A stretch of 64,000 bases of DNA. It comes from Geosiphon pyriformis uo1. Its lineage: Eukaryota > Fungi > Glomeromycota. Positions 56,649-64,000 of this stretch are shown one piece after another. Positions within the stretch are counted from its first letter, which is position 1; each line of letters begins with the position of its first letter. The notes under the pieces were generated by a model that did no database searches, had not been told where the DNA came from, and saw nothing but the letters and a program-made list of their open reading frames with translations. The DNA lies in assembly GCA_016748015.1 (NCBI GenBank), contig JAAOMT010000161.1, positions 30,077 to 94,076 on the forward strand, written 5' to 3'. The position numbers and the translations under genes are program-made.

Positions 56649-57831
56649 ACAAATTTTAAATCGGGAAGGTATTATCTTATCTAAAGAGACATTAATTTTA
56701 TTCGTGACTAATATTCCTATTTACTTTGGATTTTAGGTCAGGAAATTTGTCGATCATTAATATACCTCAAGAAGTCTGCGACTTCCCATCTTTAAATGGC
56801 CCATTCAAACCTAATTTTAGGATCAATAAAAACTGATGCTGGAACAGTGCTTAACTAAGGCTCTTTTCAATCAAACTAATTAGCTTTTTTAATGACAATC
56901 TCGATATTTGTCAATTGGTCAGGATATGAATGATTTAAAAGCTTTGTTTAGTGATATGGTACGAATTAGACTATTTTTCGGGGGCGCGATCATTGAGAAT
57001 CATGGGCGTATCTGCTTTGGATATCTTTCCATTGTTTCTACAAAACTTGACATTTACTACTAACAAACTAATAGAATACAAAATTTCTATTAAAATGAAG
57101 TTCAACTTACCCCTTGGTTCAACCTATCCCAAATTTTGTCTGCAGCAGAATCAAAAGCCATTTCAAACACAAATGCTGTTGTGAATATGCCTAAGAGAAA
57201 GACAGAATTACGTCTAAACAAGCCATTATAGGCTAAACGAGAGATCCTGAGGAGAAAAAAAAGCATGAGGTGAACATTTGGTTTGAAACTTGATATACAA
57301 GGTGATAAAAGTTAATACTTGTTAATTTTAGAGTTTTGTCCAATAGCGTCAACCATTATTCTTGAGATTGAAAATATGAAAAGCGAGATATAAGAAATCG
57401 GGTTTTAGGGTTTTCGATATTAAAAGTGGAAAGGTTCTCTGTAGATCATTTCTTTTGTGAGAAAGTAATTAATCAGATCAAATCCTCTGACGATCTATCC
57501 TACAATCATATGGACTGGCGTCAGTCTGATATCATGAAAATTTCTGGTGTCATTCATGCATCATTTCGAAAAATTATGACGCATGTTTAAAAGGATCATT
57601 TTAATGGTAATATGATTATATATAAAGATTGAAGTGCAGAGAAGCAAAGTTTTTGAATTACTTTTTTTTCTTTTTATGTTGTGTACTACATCTAAGGTAT
57701 TTTCACGCATTTTAATTCGCCCTAAACCCATTTTCTTATATTCAACTTCAAAAGTATTTAAACTTTATTCCAATTCTATAGTTGTAACAAATAATCAATT
57801 GGTTCATTCAACATTTAATCTTTTAAAAATA

Positions 57832-58803
57832 ATGGAAACCACCATCGATCCCAGTAAAGACGTGACGAAACAAAAAAATGAGGATAATAATGTGCCAATT
57901 GGTGTAAAGTTGGATGATTTGTACAAATTAATTGACGGGATCAATGTAAAATATTGAACTATGAATATCACCACATTTTAGTCATTGATTCTTTTAAATC
58001 AAATTTTTCTAATTAAAAATATTTATACTTGGTAGGTTTGTATGTTGACTACTAGGCGATCAGGTAGGCTTTGAAAATCTTAAAAATGCTTTGTTCAATA
58101 AATAAATTTCTGAAATTTTTATTAATATGGTTGACCTTTCCAATCTCTTGTCAGATGGTTCACTTGTTTCGCGTGCAATGCAAACACGTACCCGTAGTCC
58201 GGCCTCTGACATTTGGTTCATTGCCAACAATCAATCACATAAATTTGAAGAAATTTTGACAGATCCAAATGTTAATGTCGCCTACTTGCGTCAATCCACT
58301 GGTGAATGGGTCAGTGTTTCAGGAATGGCGCGAGTAGATAATGATCGGGAGATGATTAAAAAGTTGTATGCAGCTGATATTAAAGCTTGGATTGGTGACC
58401 TTGGTGATGGTATTCATGACGGCTCAGCTAGTGATCCTAGGATTTCGTTAGTAAGTTGAGACGTGAATCAATTGGCCTTCTCCGTTATAATGGTGAGATA
58501 ATATTCGCATGGAAAAGTTAATAATTCGATATTTCAATAGATTTTTGTAGAAGCTCAATCAGTTTCTTACTCAAAGAAAGACAGACCAACGATTGTGCAA
58601 TGGTTTAACATTGTCAAAGGAATGGTTACCGGTAAGTGATGTTCAGAGAACTTATTAATTAAAATCCTAAATAATTCCACGTTTCTCATTCAAATATTCT
58701 TATTGAATATTTTTAAGGCGAACCACCCAAAGTTACTGCTGACCGCCAACTTGACCAAGATGAATTGAAATCTTCACGATTTGAACGCGGTACCAAGATT
58801 TAG
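57832..58803 (+). CDS. bli-3: BLI-3-like / general stress protein 26 FMN-binding split-barrel (PNPOx-like) protein, 5 exons
   Basis: CMLTTRRS|DGSLVSRAM, DIWFIANNQSHK, WVSVSG.A, KAWIGDLGDGIHDGSASDPRI, KGMVTGEPPKV. Confidence 0.88.
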
Positions 58804-59627
58804 CTCAATAAACTGTTACAAAAAGGTTTAGGAGGGTATATATTATCATAACTGAACTCAATTCGTAATTGCCGCCAAAAATTGTAAAAGTTTTGCTTTG
58901 AAAAATTTGCAAAGATTGCAAGCTTTAAACCTATAAAAAGCTCAGAAATTTCCTGGGCTTGACCAATCATGGTCTATATAAAAAAATGTAATTTTCCTTA
59001 AATAACTATTGACTAATATATAAAATTGGTATTAATATCGGGCTCCGTTTTATTTTTTGTAAAAAAGTTGCTGTTTAAATATTTGGTGGCGAATCTCGAT
59101 AAAACAATTAGGCATTTTTTGAATTTCATAAAAATTGGGCAGTTTGTTCAATTTGGTTTTATAAAATTTGATATAAGTATTTTTTATTAAAAGTAATTTA
59201 TTTATTTATTTTTGCAAATCTTATGTTTGTAACCAAATCAAAAAAAAATAAATAACCATTATTTTGGTTATTATAATTAAAAAACAGTTATACCAAAATA
59301 AACAAAAAGAAAGAAATAATAAGAGCTCAGAATTGGAAAAAGATTTTGATTACAACCCGTTAAAAATCTATAAATTTTCAACAAAAACAACTTCTTTTCA
59401 ATAATAATTCAGCTATTTGGGGTGGACATGTTTTTACGAAATTATTTAGGTTCAGCTCTTGCCACTATTATAGATGAAGCAATTGACTGCACGAAATGAA
59501 GTTATTAAACATAATACACAGTGACAACAAAATGCACCCAATACATTATCTTTCTTTTTTTTCTCATAAAGCATTACATCAAACTATTACAATTCGTGTT
59601 CAAAATTTTAGTAAATCTTTTTGGAAT

Positions 59628-59963
59628 CATTTTTTTTACTCATGAATTCTACGCTATCATTATTCCGCCAGGTATCTAACATGGTGAATCGAAAAACAAG
59701 AAAAATTACACAAGTTTTAGACGTATAAGTTTCATTTTGGATAATAACATGAGCTCCTAATTCCTCTGCTTTCGCTATGAAACGTTATCGAAATCGATAA
59801 TATGCCCAGCCAAGCATTTTTCGGACCGAGTTTCGTAGTTGGTGTGGAAAACATATATAAATGCCGAAATTGTAATACTGTAATGGATAGAGGTGAAAAT
59901 GGCGCTTGGGGAATTTTTCTCCGGGCATTGCTTGATTCTCTCTGGAGATCATGCAGGAAATAG
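59628..59963 (+). pseudogene. Fanzor2/TnpB-family RNA-guided nuclease relic (C-terminal RuvC-II, Zn finger, RuvC-III) with internal 127-bp inversion
   Basis: After re-inverting 59710-59836 it reads EFYAIIIPP/VSNMVNRKTRKITRNSVRKMLGWAYYRFR*RFIAKAEELGAHVIIQNETYTSKTCSWCG/IYKCRNCNTVMDRGENGAWGIFLRALLD (slashes are frameshifting deletions). Confidence 0.88.
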
Positions 59964-60543
59964 TAGCAATGCTTAACATTGTTTATTATTGATATATTAC
60001 AATCCATCCGGCCTATTTTCTATGGATTCACTTGTGGATTATTCAAAGGAGAAACTAGTTTTGAACATTCCAATATTGGTTTATAAAGTTTTTGATATTC
60101 GGGTTTTATAATTCTTAATGGTATGCGTGGAAGAAGCTCTTGGGAATAGATTCATTCAATATCTGCCATGCAATATAATATAGCATTGAGGATGCAAAAT
60201 ATTCAAGCCTATCACTTTCATGGGATATAACGATCAAACCCTTATAGATCTATAAAAGGGCTTTGGTTTAGCTATTCCAAATCTTTTTTTGAAGGGAATA
60301 AAACTTTTCGATGTGACATACTACCTTGTGGTTGCGTTTTTACGAGTTCCAAGACCATATGAGCTTAACTCCGTTTAATCAAATGCTCCTCAGAAAATAA
60401 TGACAAATGTACAGGAGGAATTCATGTTTAGAAAGCATTGAATGGTTTTCTTTAATCTAAACGTCATTCCGTAAGATGAAAACTTTTATCACATGTAAAC
60501 AACATTCTTGAGAAAAGGATCATGGGAAATATGACCTCATTTC

Positions 60544-62888
60544 CTATGAATGAACCAAATCTCGTAAAAATAGCAAGATTCCCTTGGCATCGAGTTCTAA
60601 AGAGACCCGATCTTCATATGTGGGATCAGGAAAACCATATGAACCATCTAGAGCAGTTTTATGATGTATTCCATTCCAGGTGGTTGAATCGGAACAATTT
60701 GTCGTGAGCGAGGTTCCAACAGTGAAGGTGTGATGGTAATAAAAGGCAGAGACCAGGCGAATAAATAATAATGGCCCCCATTTTAGATATATAGGGCATA
60801 TAGCATTTCGTGTGGTCCCTTTGAATGGCATACCGGGTGAAGAGTGACAATCGACTTGTGTTCCATTTGGGATTCCGTAGCAAATAAACCATGCACCCAT
60901 ATCTTCATTGAATATGTAAGCCATATCTCCATCAGGCATTGGGCCTACAGGCGGAGCGGCCATAGGGTCGTAACATGGGGTTTTACAATTAGGGCATGCT
61001 CGTGGAGAAGATGGCATGCTAAGCCATGTTTCGATGCAAGATTTATGAAATAGGTGAGGGCAGTTTTTCATTTGAACAATATCTACTACTTGGACGTGAT
61101 TTAAGAACATTACTTCAGCGCAAATAGTGCATCCCTCCTGTGTAGAATACGCTTCCTGGAGCCGTTGCGCATTTGCCTGGACCAATATTTCTTCAAAGTT
61201 AACTGCTCGTGTTGATTCCACCTGTCGGCGTCTAGCATAAACAATACCCTCGGAGCTATCGAGATTCCTTAACATATCTAACAGATCAGAATCAAGCTGC
61301 TTGGGAGAGCTACCCTTTTTCAACATCACCCACTCTAAGTATGAACCCAAATTTGGAAATCTTGTTTTTGATCCACTAGGCCAATATTGCTGGTCCGCAA
61401 GTGTAACACCGATGAAATTGCTAATATTTGTCGAATTGATTTTTAACATCCATTGCTGCATTGTTGTTTTTGCCTTACGCAGTGCATAGTCCTTTGGTGG
61501 GTTAGCGGATGCAGAAGAGACATTTAAGGGCATAGCTAATTGAAAAGTTCCAGTAGGGCTACTAAGGCCGGTGTTTGTCGTTAGGAGATTAAAATTTGAA
61601 CCAAAATATGTTGGTTTTGCTAAATGGCCCTGATGGTGTGTATTATGAAAACCTTTAGGCTTAAAATTGTAAGAAGATTTGAGATTATTCTACGAAGAGA
61701 TAAACAAAAAGAAAAACATGCAAGAAAACTCTTGATATAATTTTACCTGAAAACTCATAGGACTCATTCCATGTGTTATGGGATGAGCAGGTTGCAAGCT
61801 ATTGAAAGAATTATTGCTATATAAGCTCTGGACCATCCCATTTGAGAATGGCCCAGAGGTAGGTGGGAATCCAAACATAGAGCCTGACGTGGGGGGAAGA
61901 AGCTGTTGGAAAAAATAGTGCAAGATTTTAACTCAAGTTCTGTAAGTAAACGAGAAGGTAAAAATGCTGGAGTTGATTAATATACAATATATAATCCATA
62001 CCGCAGACAGTGTTATCGTTCGTTCATAATAGATCGCCAATATGGGTAAAACCTGAGCGTTTTCGTATACAACATATTCGTCAGCCACTGCAACATAATG
62101 TTTTACACAATCATGTCCCTTTGGTGGGTACTTGGTGTGGGAATCAACTGCCTGATGTTTGTTATTGTCATATATCTTGCCAAGAGCAGTTACGCATACG
62201 ATCAGACATCTTTGATGGTTATTATTACGACTTGAAAATAGGTCACATTTTTCAAAACTGGGGGATAAGTATATGGCCGGGCCACAATTACCAAATGATC
62301 GAGATAGACGGCCATCCTAAGAAATGCATAGGAATTAGCAAGCCAACAAAGGTGAGTCAGACATAAATCATAATTATTGTGAGAAATCAAGGCAAGTTAC
62401 CGTAGAAAGAGAATTTAGACTTACCAATCCGTGCTCAAGTATAGAGTTAACGTTATCAGGATGGGTACCATGAAAGAGAACTGTGTCATTGAAAAAAGTC
62501 ATAAATTCCTCTGAGGCTAAATTTGAGGGCCTAGCCTGAGCTTCCATTATTTTTTTTGTATTTTTAAAATGCTGATACCTAAATTTAAAAGTTTAAATGA
62601 GTGTAATTAACTAAGGATTAAACATGGTTTTAAAACTTCTCGATCGAACCTCTCCCATATCACGCGATTCTGTAGGACTGCGATCGTACTGATCCCGCAA
62701 CTCACAGCCTCCAATTGATCCTTAAAATATGACGCTATATCAATGTATAGAGGGTCATTCTGACTCAGGCCTACCCTTGTGGGTACAGAAGCTAAGGGAA
62801 CGTTGAAATATTCGCGTATACGCTCCAAGATCAGACCACCGTCTTCTAGTTTATATTCTCGCTTATCGAGAAATTGTTTGAAGCTCAT
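60544..62888 (-). CDS. PARP-type ADP-ribosyltransferase domain fused to Deltex-type RING-H2 + DTC E3 ubiquitin ligase (~660-670 aa, 5 exons)
   Basis: Exons 62888-62650, 62578-62425, 62316-62002, 61902-61747 and 61689 (or 61659)-60544, all GT-AG and phase-compatible. PARP: LQNRVIWERY, LFHGT, GPAIYLS, ALGK, DEYVVYENAQVLP. RING: CTIC..CPHLFHKSC..W..CPNC. DTC: GPMPDG, FTVGTSLTT, WNGIHHKT, YGFPDPTY..ELDAKGI. Confidence 0.88.
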
Positions 62889-63664
62889 CGAAAAAGCTAG
62901 CGTTCAATAATTCTTTTTGGTGCAAAGTGAGTATAAGTGACTATTTTGAGCTGGGAAATTAGAAGTTAGAGAGGTCGCTAAATACTGGTTTCAAAGAACT
63001 TCGGCAAAGTTTGGTAATCGGTTATTAGCAAACATCTCTTTAGAGGGGGGCTTAGTAGTGTTTCACGGATCTTGAACTTATTTGTGGCGCCAGTATAAAA
63101 TTAAAAGTTTATTGAAAATCAAAACATGCGTCATTTATGATCAAATTCTAGGTTGGTCTATTTATAATCCAATTTTGGTTAAAAAAACTCTTTTCTTCAC
63201 TAAATTTGTAACCTTTAGTATCTTAAGAAATACAGCGGCAACCGAATATCTCCCAAAACCACCTAGAAAAAGAAAAATAAGCTTCAAGGTCACCCATGAC
63301 AAATCAGATCTCTTCTCTTGGTGCCACCTCCTAAACTTCACCCCTATTGTAAATACACCTTTGGATTCCAAGACATCTTGCCTTTAGTATTTCTTAAAGG
63401 TGTAAATAAACCTTTGAATTGAATGAAATTCGAAAATTTCATGATTTTTTTCGATCCTTAAATAATAATGAATTGTATTTGACATTGGCGATCTTATGAT
63501 AAATCCCATTTTTAAACCTTGCCCGTAGAATTAAAAATTCGGAAAATCGCAATGGCTTGACGCCTTGGTTCTTTAAATTCGGAGGTTTTCTCGAAGCTTG
63601 GACCACATTTTATTGATATGATCGAGTCACTTTAAAGTCTTGAAATTCATTTTACATATTTCCA

Positions 63665-64000
63665 TTACTCGAGCTTAGCCTTTTTTCTATAGCATTCATT
63701 TTTTTTCTCTACTGAATCACACGTTTTTCTATCCATTATTTTAACATACTTACGTAATTCCATTTCCATTCCTCCGCCAAGAATAACCATGGTTAATTTA
63801 TTTTGAGTGTTTCTGGCTGTAACATCAGCTGATAAGGAAAGGTATTCTTTCAATGACTCATCATCATTTTCAGGTATGATTTGATTATTAGGAAGAAGTT
63901 GTTTTAGTTTCAAATTGCCAATGGTACCGAGAAAATTTTCAAAAATCAGAGATCTTGTTTTGTGAATATACCATTGCTCATAAAAGTGTTTGAATATTCG
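63665..64000 (-). CDS. Possible 3' end of an unidentified gene running off the window
   Basis: Frame is open from the window edge (RIFKHFYEQWYIHK...) to a stop at 63665; no recognisable motif. Confidence 0.4.
   Translation of the reverse strand, partial: RIFKHFYEQWYIHKTRSLIFENFLGTIGNLKLKQLLPNNQIIPENDDESLKEYLSLSADVTARNTQNKLTMVILGGGMEMELRKYVKIMDRKTCDSVEKKNECYRKKAKLE

Noticed and set aside
56951-57300. Possible small gene between the WD40 gene and bli-3
   Set aside because: No coherent exon chain or recognisable motif.
59710-59836. Twin-priming retrocopy as the cause of the Fanzor inversion
   Set aside because: Upstream Fanzor sequence remains in sense orientation and there is no poly-A tail, so a local DNA inversion fits better.
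63082-63387. Overlapping short ORFs upstream of the PARP-Deltex gene
   Set aside because: No motifs, non-ATG starts; probably promoter or intergenic DNA.

Overview
AT-rich, intron-containing fungal genomic DNA. Gene and repeat style suggest an early-diverging fungus, probably Glomeromycotina and Geosiphon-like (inference). Left end: 3' part of a mitochondrial leucyl-tRNA synthetase gene (66-3355). From about 3.7 to 54 kb lies a nested transposon graveyard. It holds three copies of an APE-RT-RNaseH LINE and two copies plus a solo LTR of a Ty3/gypsy family that carries a Met-less Gag extension, a Cys-rich domain, a dUTPase and an extra 3' ORF. It also holds a solo LTR of a second family, a decayed hAT transposon and several ORF1-only (HAL1-like) LINE satellites. 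All of these are eroded by C>T/G>A transitions. Right end: an EED-like WD40 gene, a bli-3-like gene, a Fanzor (eukaryotic TnpB) relic with an internal inversion, and a 5-exon gene that fuses a PARP catalytic domain (H-Y-E triad) to a Deltex RING-DTC E3 ligase. The ORF track does not show the catalytic exons of the PARP domain or most of the Fanzor relic. All alignments were done by eye; no database searches were run.
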